Positions 25,653 to 35,510 of a DNA stretch of 61,308 nucleotides are shown here, piece by piece (position 1 is the first letter of the stretch; the number at the start of each line of letters is the position of its first letter). The position numbers and the translations under genes are program-made. The DNA comes from Verrucomicrobiota bacterium (GTDB lineage Bacteria > Verrucomicrobiota > Verrucomicrobiia > Limisphaerales > UBA11358). The notes beneath the pieces are model-generated. The model was not told where the DNA came from, made no database searches, and saw only the letters and a list, made by a program, of their open reading frames with translations. The DNA is taken from contig JAJPJM010000050.1 of assembly GCA_021324235.1 (NCBI GenBank), positions 1 through 61,308 on the forward strand, read 5' to 3'.

Positions 25653-27946
25653 AAATGTCTATGAGGCAATTGACAAAATATTTCCTATTAACCGGTTTTC
25701 TGGCCTTGGGTCTCCAATCGGCTTGGGCGTTTTCATTGTTGGGACCGGAAGCCAATGGCGGGGATGCCTGGCAGGTAAATGCAAATGGGTATAATCCCAT
25801 ATTAAATTCCGGCGCGCCGCCGTTCTTCCTCGATTCCCTTTCCGCAGCGCCCAAAAACCTGGGCGAGGGCTACCGCCGCAATACGCCGTTAATTTATTAT
25901 ACGTTCGATGCGAGTTTTAGCGACTACTTTGGTTCAAACGGTGAGGCAGCCGTGCAATCGGCGTTTGATATTCTGAATGGCCTGACGAATATGGACAGAT
26001 ACAGCACAAGCCTGTCGGAATTTCCCTTGAATTCGGAAAGCGAGAATTATCTGGCGAATGCTCTGGGTTTGGTCGATTTGAAATCCACCACCCTGGCTTT
26101 GTTGATGGAACAGTTGGGATTGGCCGACCCGGTCCGTTACATGTGGGTGTTGCACGACCGTCTCCAGTTGCCGGGATGTACGGTCGCTTGTCCGGCTTGC
26201 ATGGAATACCTGGTCACCATAAGAAATTTTGATTATTTTCCAACTCCGCTCGACCAGATTCAATATTCGGACTACATCAATAACGAACTTTATTCCTATG
26301 TCATCAGCGAGATTTGCGGCTCGCCCGTCGCACCGCCCAATGCGGATGCCATTGAATTGCCCGCTGACCCTTTGAACCTCAATCCGCCGGTGGCTTCCGG
26401 GAATGGCGAAGAAGCCTTGCCGATGGGCTTTTTTTACACCGGGTTGACGCGGGACGACGTGGGCGGCTTGCGCTGGCTTTATAGTACCAACAATTGGGAT
26501 ACCACCAGCCCGCAGTATCGGGAATCGGCGGCGGCCGGAAGTCTTCTTTTCAGCACCAATTTTACTCTCACGCCCCCTCCATTGCTGGCCACATCCAATC
26601 TCAATGTCCTGGTGTTGGCGGCAATGACCAACTCTCCCGCTGCGCTGCAGGCGTTGTTTCCCGGATTGTCAGTCGACTCCACCTTCCTCTATTACACCAA
26701 CATGGTTTCAGTCGGGAGTGTGACGTTCGTTACCGTTTTCCCATACGGTTATCCGGGGGGAATTGTTGAGGCCGTGACCAATTATGTGACCAACAATGCC
26801 GTGCCGATTTACAATTTTTCATTCGACAATGTGGTCACCAATAAGTCTTATGCGAAAACCTCGTATGCCATCCAAACCGTCACGTTTGGACCGCCCATTG
26901 GCCAGCCGGCGGACAGTCCGTTTATACTCGTGACCAATACCTCCCCGGTGCTTCAATCCAATGTGGTATCGGGAGACTTCTTCATCATCACCAATGGCAC
27001 TTGTGGTCCCAACATCATTCAGACCATTCAGACCAATGTGAATGTCTTTACCAATAATTCCGTGACGGTGGTAAACCCGGACGGCTCATTTTTCATTCAA
27101 AACCTGATTTCTTATTTCACGAATTACGTCTTTGCGGTGAATCCCTGCACCTTGGTGACCAATGGCGTGGGTGACTATCAAGGGGTTGGCCGGCTGCAAT
27201 TTGTGCGCGTGCGCGATGATAATTACGATTACTTGAACGGGCAATTCTTTGTGCCCATCACCAACCAGTACACCATGGTGGTGATTACGAATGGCCAGCT
27301 GGTGACCCAAACCTTCCAGCGCGTGCTGGCGGGTCCCGATTTGGTGTTTGGGGCGGCCGATTTGGCAGCTGGCCCGAGTTCGGGCAACGCCGTTTCCGAG
27401 TTCACCCGGGGTGTTAATTTCAATCAGGCCAACATCCAACCTGGGCTTGCCGGTCCCGGCACCATTGACCCTGGCAGCTCCAATGCCGTTGTGTTCGATA
27501 AGGTCGGCCCGGTTTTTGACAATCAATCTCTATCCCAATTGAATGGGCCGAATGGTGCCAACCATGGTTTCTTTGTCTGGGGTTCGTTCGATGGTACCAC
27601 CAATCCCCCGGTGATTTATCCGAACGGCGCCAGCCTCGCGAATCTGGCTGCGTCGTCGTTGGTTCAGATATCTCCGCCCCCGCCGGCCCTGCCCAACGGT
27701 ACCAATCGAGTGGCTTACAATGTTGCGTTTACCGTTACGAATGCCACACCGCCTTACACTTGGACGTTGGCGCCCAATTCGGCGGGATTGCCGTATGGAT
27801 CGCCCAATCTGACCCTGTCTCCCGGCGGCCTCATTTCCGGCACGCCGACCAACAGCGCGACGTATAATAACATTCTCATCCAGATGACGGATTCCGGCGT
27901 GCCGCCGCGCACCGTGCAGATGATTTATTCATTAACCATCAATTAA
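25649..27946 (+). CDS. Large exported protein of unknown function with a C-terminal Ig-like (He_PIG-type) domain
   Basis: 765 aa; GTG 25649 overlaps the upstream stop (alternative ATG 25655); signal peptide ...LALGLQSAWA; C-terminus PPYTWTLAPNSAGLPYG..LISGTPT..TDSG fits the putative-Ig motif. Confidence 0.75.
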   Translation: MKMSMRQLTKYFLLTGFLALGLQSAWAFSLLGPEANGGDAWQVNANGYNPILNSGAPPFFLDSLSAAPKNLGEGYRRNTPLIYYTFDASFSDYFGSNGEAAVQSAFDILNGLTNMDRYSTSLSEFPLNSESENYLANALGLVDLKSTTLALLMEQLGLADPVRYMWVLHDRLQLPGCTVACPACMEYLVTIRNFDYFPTPLDQIQYSDYINNELYSYVISEICGSPVAPPNADAIELPADPLNLNPPVASGNGEEALPMGFFYTGLTRDDVGGLRWLYSTNNWDTTSPQYRESAAAGSLLFSTNFTLTPPPLLATSNLNVLVLAAMTNSPAALQALFPGLSVDSTFLYYTNMVSVGSVTFVTVFPYGYPGGIVEAVTNYVTNNAVPIYNFSFDNVVTNKSYAKTSYAIQTVTFGPPIGQPADSPFILVTNTSPVLQSNVVSGDFFIITNGTCGPNIIQTIQTNVNVFTNNSVTVVNPDGSFFIQNLISYFTNYVFAVNPCTLVTNGVGDYQGVGRLQFVRVRDDNYDYLNGQFFVPITNQYTMVVITNGQLVTQTFQRVLAGPDLVFGAADLAAGPSSGNAVSEFTRGVNFNQANIQPGLAGPGTIDPGSSNAVVFDKVGPVFDNQSLSQLNGPNGANHGFFVWGSFDGTTNPPVIYPNGASLANLAASSLVQISPPPPALPNGTNRVAYNVAFTVTNATPPYTWTLAPNSAGLPYGSPNLTLSPGGLISGTPTNSATYNNILIQMTDSGVPPRTVQMIYSLTIN

Positions 27947-27960
27947 CCGGCGAGCGTCAA

Positions 27961-30732
27961 ATGAAGTTAATTTTTTCCAAATCCATCGGACGGTTCCGGG
28001 TAAAATCGCTGCTGCTCTGGGCTGGTTGGTTGTTATGTCCGCTGATGGTGATGGGCACGGATCCCATTTTTATCAACACCGGCTCCATCAACGGAACTCC
28101 GCCCAACGTGGACGCGACGAATTTTTATAATTCCGGCACCTGGAATATTTTCACCAGTGCTGCTTATGAAACCGCCAATACCCAGAATTACACCAATGTG
28201 GGCACGATGACCGGCGCCGTGGGCTGGGAATTTGATTTTGGGACATCCACCAGTGGCGGTCCGCGCAGTATGTCGGCCAGTTTCTTTAATGACAGTTCGG
28301 GAACCATTCAGGGGGTGGACGGCATGATTAACCCAATCGGAAACCAGATTTTTACCGTGAGTTATTTGTTGGTATCGGCCACGAACATTGTCAACAAGGG
28401 GACATTGGCAGCCGGCCCCAACGGAGTACTCGCGTTAAATGGCGGAACGGTTAATCTGGCGCTCAGCCAGGTGATGATTACCAGCCCTTCGCTGGGTGGT
28501 GGTGGCTTTTCCGGAACGAATTTCACGCTGGATACGGGTCTTTATGCCGAAACCTGGGCGCAGACCAATATGCCGGCTAATCTGCCCGGAGGGGTAAACA
28601 TGCCGCTGATGAACATCTCGTCGCTATGGAATGGAACCATTGTATCCACACCTTTTTACGGAGTGCTGAATAACTGCACAACCAATTATTCGGGCACGTC
28701 TCAATCATTTGCGCCGACCGTTTCCGACTCGTTGGATAATTTGACGAGCCCCTCGAACGAAGTCCGGCAGGCGGTTTTTGTCATAACCGGTGACTCCAAC
28801 ATAACCGCGCAGATAAGATTTACGCCCAGTTCAACCCCGACGAATTATTTCCAAACGGCTGCCATTCGATTGGCCGCCACGTTGACCAATGCGTTTACCC
28901 TGGCGGTGGAGACCAATTCCGTTTATCTGGTGGATCGGTTGGGCTCGGAGACCAATCTCGGGCTCTATGTGAATTCCAATGTCAGTTCCTTCTATTCCTG
29001 TAGCGGGCCCCTTTACCAGCCGCAGAATTATATTGTGTCCCGCACCGATCCGACCGTCCCCCAAACCGGTCTGGCTGCGTTCGGTAACGGGACCCCCGGC
29101 CTTGGACCCCCGGCGGCCACCTTTTTTAACGACCCGAGTTTGCATTTGACGATGACCAGTGTATCCAACACTTACAGCGCCTATTCCGTCTTCGTTGACG
29201 ATCTGGCGGCGGATCCGTCGGGCACGTTGGTGACCAACCTGCCGGGCAGAATACAGATTAACGCGAATAATTTGAACCTGAGCCGGACGTTTCTCGGCTC
29301 CCAAGGATCCATCTCGGTCCAGGCCAGCAACCTGGTCACCAGCGCCGGCGCCGTTGTGGATTGTCAAAACTTGACCTTTAACCTCGGTTCGACCAACGGT
29401 TTTTTGACTTTCACCAATCTGGCCAAATTGAACGTCTCCCGGCTGAAAGGGACGATTAATGCCTGGAGCGGTCTGTGGACCAATTCCGTGGTGGTGGGAT
29501 CCGGCACCAATGCAGTAACCAATTTCATCGATTTTTCAATCCTGGTGGTGGATGCGAGCGGGCTTACCACGCGAGTGCCGGTGACGGTTCAAAATCTGAT
29601 TTTGCACAGCACCAATATGACCGTCGGCGATTCCATGGACGTTGATCAATCGTTGCTGCTGGATGGCCAGAGTTTTACCCTTTCCGGGGAAATTGTCCTT
29701 TCGGGCTCCATCCAAAATTGGGATAGCAGCGTGGCTCCAACCCTCCGCAACTTTACCAACAACGGTTATCTCTTTATCCCCAATAACGCGCATTTCGGGG
29801 ACGACACGGCGACCAATTACGCCACGTTTGTCAACCATGGAACCATCAGCGCGGGCAGTCAGACCATTAACAGCTCCGATCTCGAGCTTTACGGAACCAG
29901 CCAGACGACGGTCGGCGATTTCACGGCCACCATGCAAACCGGCAAGGTGGTAAACGCCGTGATTTCTTCCGCGGCGGGCATTAAATTATTCGCCAATACG
30001 CTGCAAGTTAATCAATCTTTGCTGGCCGCGGCCGGCGCTCTGAATTTGTCGGTGACCAATTTGCTGACGGACAATGGGGCGGCCAATGTGTTCAGCTGTA
30101 ACGGCGGATTCAATTTGCTCATCAAGCCGGCGGCCGGCGATTTGTTGGGAACCACTTTCCAGACCATTGCCGCTTCCCGGTCGAGTGTGACCCATACCTG
30201 GGCCGGCCAGGACCTGGGGCCAACGGCGGCCGGTTTCTCCAATAATGCCGCCATCGGGAGTCTGGTGTTGGAAGCCGGTGGCAATGGCACTCCCTTCCAG
30301 GAACCGGAATTCACCTTCAGCGGCACCGGTGCTTCCAACGGCCTTTATGTGGCATACCTCGATATTTCCAAATTGACCAATTACAATTTTCTGGACGGCT
30401 TGCTGGTGAGCATCAGCCCCAACCTGACCATTTACTTTGGCAGCGCCAGCACGAACCCGGCAGCCCTGAATGGACAATTTGGCGGCCATTTGGTTTATGT
30501 GCCGGGGTTTGCCGGCCAGAACACCAAACTGTCCGGCAGCAGCTACAATCATGGCACCGGCGCTTTCCAATTTTCAGTTGCCAGCGCGTCCGGGCAGACC
30601 AATGTCGTTCAAGCGTCCACCAATTTCGTGAATTGGATTCCGATTGGTACGAACATTGGTCCTTTGCTGTTTAGTGACCCCAACGCGAAGAACTTCCCTT
30701 ACCGTTTCTACCGTATCAAGATTGGGCCGTAA
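27961..30732 (+). CDS. Large exported Asn/Thr/Ser-rich protein (beta-helix-like), C-terminal FYRI domain
   Basis: 923 aa; starts 14 nt after the upstream stop; signal peptide; low-complexity beta-rich composition; ends ...TNFVNWIPIGTN...YRFYRIKIGP. Confidence 0.75.
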   Translation: MKLIFSKSIGRFRVKSLLLWAGWLLCPLMVMGTDPIFINTGSINGTPPNVDATNFYNSGTWNIFTSAAYETANTQNYTNVGTMTGAVGWEFDFGTSTSGGPRSMSASFFNDSSGTIQGVDGMINPIGNQIFTVSYLLVSATNIVNKGTLAAGPNGVLALNGGTVNLALSQVMITSPSLGGGGFSGTNFTLDTGLYAETWAQTNMPANLPGGVNMPLMNISSLWNGTIVSTPFYGVLNNCTTNYSGTSQSFAPTVSDSLDNLTSPSNEVRQAVFVITGDSNITAQIRFTPSSTPTNYFQTAAIRLAATLTNAFTLAVETNSVYLVDRLGSETNLGLYVNSNVSSFYSCSGPLYQPQNYIVSRTDPTVPQTGLAAFGNGTPGLGPPAATFFNDPSLHLTMTSVSNTYSAYSVFVDDLAADPSGTLVTNLPGRIQINANNLNLSRTFLGSQGSISVQASNLVTSAGAVVDCQNLTFNLGSTNGFLTFTNLAKLNVSRLKGTINAWSGLWTNSVVVGSGTNAVTNFIDFSILVVDASGLTTRVPVTVQNLILHSTNMTVGDSMDVDQSLLLDGQSFTLSGEIVLSGSIQNWDSSVAPTLRNFTNNGYLFIPNNAHFGDDTATNYATFVNHGTISAGSQTINSSDLELYGTSQTTVGDFTATMQTGKVVNAVISSAAGIKLFANTLQVNQSLLAAAGALNLSVTNLLTDNGAANVFSCNGGFNLLIKPAAGDLLGTTFQTIAASRSSVTHTWAGQDLGPTAAGFSNNAAIGSLVLEAGGNGTPFQEPEFTFSGTGASNGLYVAYLDISKLTNYNFLDGLLVSISPNLTIYFGSASTNPAALNGQFGGHLVYVPGFAGQNTKLSGSSYNHGTGAFQFSVASASGQTNVVQASTNFVNWIPIGTNIGPLLFSDPNAKNFPYRFYRIKIGP

Positions 30733-30746
30733 CCGGCTGCCAACTG

Positions 30747-31331
30747 ATGAAAGTCTTCGGACTGACCGGGGGCATGGGCATGGGCAAATCCATGGCCGCC
30801 CGTTTTTTCCGCGAGCACGGCGTCCCGGTGGTGGACACCGACGAACTGGCTCGCCAATTGGTTGAACCGGGCCGGCCGGCGCTGGCGGAAATCCAGGAGG
30901 TCTTTGGCGAAAGTGTGGTTGCACCCGGCGGCCAATTGCGACGCGACGCGCTGGCACAGATCGTTTTCACCGATCCTGCCGCCCGCCAGAGGCTGGAGAC
31001 GATTCTCCATCCGCGCATTCGTGAATCCTGGCTTGCACAAATTGAAGCGTGGCGCGGGGAAAATCATGCGCTGGCCGTGGTCGTCATTCCGTTGCTGTTT
31101 GAAACCAAGGCGGAACCGTATTTCGACAAGACCATTTGCATCGCCTGTTCGGCTGCCAACCAGCGTCATCGGCTTTTGGAACGTGGCTGGACACCGGATC
31201 AGATCCAACGGCGCATGGCTGCCCAATCGCCAGTCGGGCAAAAAATGGCCCGCGCCGATTTCGTCGTCTGGACCGACGGCTTGCCGGAGGTCCACGCGCA
31301 ACAGATCGAACGGATTCTTGCGCAAGGGTAG
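30747..31331 (+). CDS. coaE: Dephospho-CoA kinase
   Basis: 194 aa; MKVFGLTGGMGMGKS P-loop, VVDTDELAR, IPLLFE. Confidence 0.9.
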   Translation: MKVFGLTGGMGMGKSMAARFFREHGVPVVDTDELARQLVEPGRPALAEIQEVFGESVVAPGGQLRRDALAQIVFTDPAARQRLETILHPRIRESWLAQIEAWRGENHALAVVVIPLLFETKAEPYFDKTICIACSAANQRHRLLERGWTPDQIQRRMAAQSPVGQKMARADFVVWTDGLPEVHAQQIERILAQG

Positions 31332-31388
31332 CCACCCGCCCGGAAGAACATTTCCTTTTGCCGCCGGGTTCTGTTAGGTTGGGCCGGC

Positions 31389-33593
31389 ATGATTCTCACG
31401 CCCGACGAATTGCACAGCCTGGTGGAGTTGACCCATCAGTCACCGCACACGCTCCTCGGCATGCACCCGCTCGGTGAGCATTTGGGATTGGTTGCCCGCG
31501 CCTTTCGGCCCGATGCCGCCCGGGTCGAAATTCAGCCCGTTCACGAAAAGAACAAACCGAAGTTCGAATTGAAACGGGTTCACGCCACCGGCCTTTTTGA
31601 AGGCGTTACCCGGACGGTGAACGAGGTTTATGCCTATGATCTGGTCGTCACCACGCACCAGGGGCAGACGCACCGGACGCGCGATGCGTTCTCCTTTCTG
31701 CCGACCCTGGGCGAATCGGATCTGTTCCTGTTCGGCAAGGGGGACGAGCGGCGCATTTACGAGAAGCTCGGGGCGCAATTGCGCACCATCGACGGGGTTC
31801 CCGGCGTCAGTTTTGCCGTCTGGGCTCCGAATGCCCAGCGCCTCAGCGTGGTCGGCGATTTCAATCATTGGGATGGTCGCTTTCATCCCATGCGATTGCT
31901 CGGGGCGTCCGGCGTCTGGGAAATCTTCGTTCCCGGTGTGGCGGAAGGCGCGCATTACAAATTTGAAATCCGCGACGCTCACGGGAAGATTTCACTCAAA
32001 ACCGACCCTTATGGGTTTTTCTTCGAGGTGCCTCCGAAAAACGCCGCCATCGTCTGGAACAATGAAAAATTCGAATGGACGGACGATGTCTGGATGAACC
32101 GCCGCCGCGAATCCCGCGATGCGGGACTCCGCTCGCCGATCAGTATTTATGAAGTGCATCCCGGTTCCTGGCGGAAAAAAAGCGTCGGGGAATCGTTCAG
32201 CTATCGCGAACTCGCCGCGCCGCTCGTGGAATATGTCCGGCGCATGGGATTTACCCACGTCGAATTGTTGCCGCCGGCGGAACACGCTTTTTATCCGTCG
32301 TGGGGTTACCAGGTGACCGGCTTTTACGCGCCGACCAGCCGCTTTGGCACGCCGGACGATTTTCAGTTTCTCGTCAACGCGCTGCACGAATCCGGCATTG
32401 GCATCATCATCGATTGGGTGCCGGCGCATTTTCCGCGCGACGACTGGGCGTTGGCACGGTTTGACGGCACCGCCCTTTACGAGCACGAAGACCCGCGCAA
32501 GGGCGCGCATCAGGATTGGGGTACGCTGATCTTTAATTACGGCCGGCATGAGGTGAATAATTTTCTGGTCGCCAACGCGCTGTTCTGGTGCCACCGCTTT
32601 CACGTGGACGGTCTGCGCGTGGACGCCGTGGCTTCCATGCTTTATCTCGATTATTCGCGCAAGGCCGGGGAATGGATTCCCAATCAATTCGGCGGACGCG
32701 AAAACATTGAAGCGATCGAGTTCCTGAAAAAATTCAATCATATTGCGCACACGGAATTTCCCGGGCTGATGACCATTGCCGAGGAATCCACCGCCTGGCC
32801 GCTCGTCACCCGGCCGCCGTATCTGGGCGGCCTCGGTTTCTCCTTCAAGTGGAACATGGGCTGGATGCACGACACACTGGGCTACTTCGGCCGCGAACCG
32901 ATCCACCGCAAATATCATCAAAACGATCTCACCTTCGCGATGTTGTATCACCATCACGAGAACTTCATCCTGCCCCTGTCACACGATGAGGTGGTGCATG
33001 GCAAAGGTTCGTTGATTGGCCGGATGCCGGGCGATGACTGGCAAAAATTCGCCAACCTCCGCGCCCTGCTCGCGTATCAATGGCTGTTTCCCGGTAAAAA
33101 ACTCCTGTTCATGGGCGGCGAATTCGGCCAGCGCGCCGAATGGAATGAAAACAGCCAGCTCGATTGGTGGCTGCTCAACGCCGGTCCGTATCATCGCGGC
33201 TTGCAACAGTTTGTTGCCGATTTGAACAAGCTTTACCTGGCTGCGCCCGGGCTTTGGCAGGCCGATTACGATCCGGGCGGCTTTTACTGGATCGATTGCA
33301 CGGATCGCGACAACAGCGTTCTTTCCTTCGTCCGCCAGACGGCGGACGGCTCCAACCCGTTGGCCGTCATTTTGAACCTGACGCCGGTGCTGCGGGAGCA
33401 ATACCGCGTCGGACTGCCGCGCGGCGGCAAATGGCGCGAACTCTTGAACAGCGATGCGGCGGTTTACGGGGGAAGCAACCAGGGAAATCTTGGCGTCGTC
33501 ATGGCGGAAAATATTCCGTGCCACAATCAACTTTGCTCGGCGGAATTCCGCCTGCCGCCCCTGGGCGTTTTGGTTTTAAAGCCGGAAGATTAA
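31389..33593 (+). CDS. glgB: 1,4-alpha-glucan branching enzyme
   Basis: 734 aa; GVSFAVWAPNA, IYEVHPGSW, DWVPAHF, GLRVDAVASMLY and SHDEVVHGK GH13 branching-enzyme motifs. Confidence 0.95.
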   Translation: MILTPDELHSLVELTHQSPHTLLGMHPLGEHLGLVARAFRPDAARVEIQPVHEKNKPKFELKRVHATGLFEGVTRTVNEVYAYDLVVTTHQGQTHRTRDAFSFLPTLGESDLFLFGKGDERRIYEKLGAQLRTIDGVPGVSFAVWAPNAQRLSVVGDFNHWDGRFHPMRLLGASGVWEIFVPGVAEGAHYKFEIRDAHGKISLKTDPYGFFFEVPPKNAAIVWNNEKFEWTDDVWMNRRRESRDAGLRSPISIYEVHPGSWRKKSVGESFSYRELAAPLVEYVRRMGFTHVELLPPAEHAFYPSWGYQVTGFYAPTSRFGTPDDFQFLVNALHESGIGIIIDWVPAHFPRDDWALARFDGTALYEHEDPRKGAHQDWGTLIFNYGRHEVNNFLVANALFWCHRFHVDGLRVDAVASMLYLDYSRKAGEWIPNQFGGRENIEAIEFLKKFNHIAHTEFPGLMTIAEESTAWPLVTRPPYLGGLGFSFKWNMGWMHDTLGYFGREPIHRKYHQNDLTFAMLYHHHENFILPLSHDEVVHGKGSLIGRMPGDDWQKFANLRALLAYQWLFPGKKLLFMGGEFGQRAEWNENSQLDWWLLNAGPYHRGLQQFVADLNKLYLAAPGLWQADYDPGGFYWIDCTDRDNSVLSFVRQTADGSNPLAVILNLTPVLREQYRVGLPRGGKWRELLNSDAAVYGGSNQGNLGVVMAENIPCHNQLCSAEFRLPPLGVLVLKPED

Positions 33594-34303
33594 GGCGCGC
33601 TGAGCTTGTCGACTTCCGGTACAACGCCGCTGCGCCGGTCCAGTTCGAAATCCGCCGTCAGCCAGTGCACGGAAAATTTCGTTTTGTCCGTCAAGGCAAT
33701 GGCTTCAAGCATTTCCCACCCGGTGGCGCCGCCGGCGGCAAAATTGTGGCGGAAAAAATGCCACGAATCCGGTGCGTTCGCGAACGGGCGCAACCCGACG
33801 CTCAATTTTTTGTTCAAGACCCCCCGGACCGTGTCCCAGTCCGCGTCAATAAAAACGATCCGGTCCGGAACGGCTTCGCTATGCAGTCTGGCTGCCGTGG
33901 ATTTATTTTTAATGATCGCAATGACATCCAGCGGGTCCTCGGTTGTATGCAACAACAGCAGGGGCGGCCGAAAGGTGGCTTGAATGTAGGTTTGATTGGT
34001 CAACGCCACGATCGCGTCGAGCAACGACGGATTGGCATTGGTCAGCTTCGCGTTCGCCCGGCGGAAAAAATACAGTTCATCCGTTGCGCCCGGCATGAAA
34101 ATCAACGCCTTGACGACGGCGTTTGACCGGAAAGCGTTCAGCATCAACGGTACACAATTTGTCCGGTTCAATTCCGTTATCCTGCTTTGCGGGACGCCCA
34201 GCGGCATCCCGCCCAACACGCCTTGCCAGGTTTCCTGGGCCAAAACGGTTGCAATCGCGGTCGTCAGCCACGCGCAGACAACAAGGCGCACCATTGTTTT
34301 CAT
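33590..34303 (-). CDS. Exported hypothetical protein
   Basis: About 237 aa from ATG 34303 (MKTMVRLVVCAWLTTAIATVLAQ signal peptide); ATGA overlap with the hscB stop; no recognisable domain. Confidence 0.6.
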   Translation of the reverse strand: MKTMVRLVVCAWLTTAIATVLAQETWQGVLGGMPLGVPQSRITELNRTNCVPLMLNAFRSNAVVKALIFMPGATDELYFFRRANAKLTNANPSLLDAIVALTNQTYIQATFRPPLLLLHTTEDPLDVIAIIKNKSTAARLHSEAVPDRIVFIDADWDTVRGVLNKKLSVGLRPFANAPDSWHFFRHNFAAGGATGWEMLEAIALTDKTKFSVHWLTADFELDRRSGVVPEVDKLSAP

Positions 34304-34905
34304 AGTGACAATTGAACGATTCGTTCCTGAATCTGGCTGTTCCAGCGGTTGAAATAGCCGAACAAACGATAAAGTTCCTCCAGCCGGTTCAACAAGGCGG
34401 TGCGTTCGGCGGATTGGGATTTCGATGTCCACACGGCGTCGAGCGATTTCAACTCTTCCACCAGCCGGTCGTAAAGTCTGGTCAGCCGGGTCTGTAATGC
34501 ACGCAATCGCTCAACCCATTCCTGCGCCCGTTCAAACAGTTGGACTTGCAACAATGGTGAAGTCACCTGATTTTTTTCAGCAAGAAACTGGTCAGTGCTC
34601 CGGCAAACCGCCGCCACTTCGGCGAATAAGTCGGCCAGCGCGGTCGGAATTTGTTGAACCTCCCCGGGTTTCGCGCCGAGCTCCAGCTCCAGCAAATGTA
34701 ACACCCGCAATTTGGGTTCGGTGAGGCAATGGTAGGCGGTATTCAATTCCGCATAATGCCGGTTGGCCTTGCGTTTTTCCGTCTCGCCCGCCTCACGTTG
34801 TTTGTCGGGATGCGCCTCCGCCGCCAACGCCAAAAATTTTGCTTTTAAAGCTTCCGGTTCCAGCCAGGGCCGGCGCGGCTCATTGAGCAGGGCAAAATAG
34901 TCCAT
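34300..34905 (-). CDS. hscB: Fe-S cluster co-chaperone HscB (J-domain)
   Basis: 201 aa from ATG 34905: MDYFALLNEPRRPWLEPEALKAKFLALAAEAHPDK parallels the HscB N-terminus; helical C-terminal domain; the TTG at 34956 is probably an over-extension. Confidence 0.75.
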   Translation of the reverse strand: MDYFALLNEPRRPWLEPEALKAKFLALAAEAHPDKQREAGETEKRKANRHYAELNTAYHCLTEPKLRVLHLLELELGAKPGEVQQIPTALADLFAEVAAVCRSTDQFLAEKNQVTSPLLQVQLFERAQEWVERLRALQTRLTRLYDRLVEELKSLDAVWTSKSQSAERTALLNRLEELYRLFGYFNRWNSQIQERIVQLSL

Positions 34906-34992
34906 CCGTTTCCAAAATGTTGAGTGTCCAGTTTTCCCAGAGCCACGCTTCTCCAATCGAACATTTAGAATTCAGAACTGAAAACTGAAAAA

Positions 34993-35376
34993 TCACGCGC
35001 TGAAGCTTTCGCCACAGGAGCAGGTGGTCGCCGCGTTCGGATTTTTCACCTTGAACCCGCCGTCGAGGGCATCGAGGTAATCCAGTTCGCTGCCGGTCAC
35101 GTACAACGCGCTCTTGGGGTCCACCACCACGCGTACGCCGCCGGATTCGACCAGGATGTCCCGGCTGGCCGGCGCGTCCTGCAGATCCATCTTGTATTGC
35201 AACCCGGAGCAGCCGCCGCCCAGGACCGCCACGCGCAGGACGCCGTTCGGCCGGCCTTGTTTCGTCAGCAGGGTCGACACTTTTTGCGCGGCGCTCGGTG
35301 TCAGCCTGACCAGCCGTTCGTCACCGACGCGGAAGGTCGGCGTGGCGGCGGTCGGGTTGGCGGTGTTGGCAATCAT
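34993..35376 (-). CDS. iscA: Iron-sulfur cluster insertion protein (IscA/ErpA/HesB family)
   Basis: 127 aa; GGGCSG...and C-terminal CSCGESF cysteine signature. Confidence 0.88.
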   Translation of the reverse strand: MIANTANPTAATPTFRVGDERLVRLTPSAAQKVSTLLTKQGRPNGVLRVAVLGGGCSGLQYKMDLQDAPASRDILVESGGVRVVVDPKSALYVTGSELDYLDALDGGFKVKNPNAATTCSCGESFSA

Positions 35377-35429
35377 TCGACGTGCAACAAATTAGCCGTG
35401 TTTGCCGCGAGCGTCAACGTGCCTTGCCG

Positions 35430-35460
35430 CTTAATCCTGCCCTTAATCATGATCTTAACC
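35430..35460 (+). promoter_or_regulatory. Three 12-bp-phased direct repeats CTTAA(T/C)C in the divergent iscA/xth intergenic region (possible operator)
   Basis: CTTAATC at 35430-35436, CTTAATC at 35442-35448, CTTAACC at 35454-35460. Confidence 0.3.
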
Positions 35461-35510
35461 TCCTCGCCACTGGCTTTACGCCGCGGCCATCGGTGGTTTA
35501 TGCTCCCCGC

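Noticed and set aside
27961-30732. Chlamydial Pmp-like autotransporter passenger (FxxN motifs: FYNSG, FFNDS, FTNNG, FVNHG, FFNDP)
   Set aside because: There is no GGA(I/L/V) motif partner and no C-terminal beta-barrel translocator domain. Five FxxN matches in a 923-aa Asn-rich protein can arise by composition alone.
30708-31325. 205-aa minus-strand ORF
   Set aside because: It is antisense to coaE (P-loop GLTGGMGMGKS).
34971-34991. CTGAAAA heptad repeats between the iscA-type gene and hscB
   Set aside because: There are only two perfect units plus one degenerate unit, which is not enough to link them to the CGNAAAT heptad family.
35382-35510. N-terminal extension of the xth ORF
   Set aside because: The extension has no similarity to Xth/ExoA and starts 6 nt from the divergent iscA-type gene. 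GTG 35511 gives the canonical (M)KLISWNVNGLRA N-terminus.
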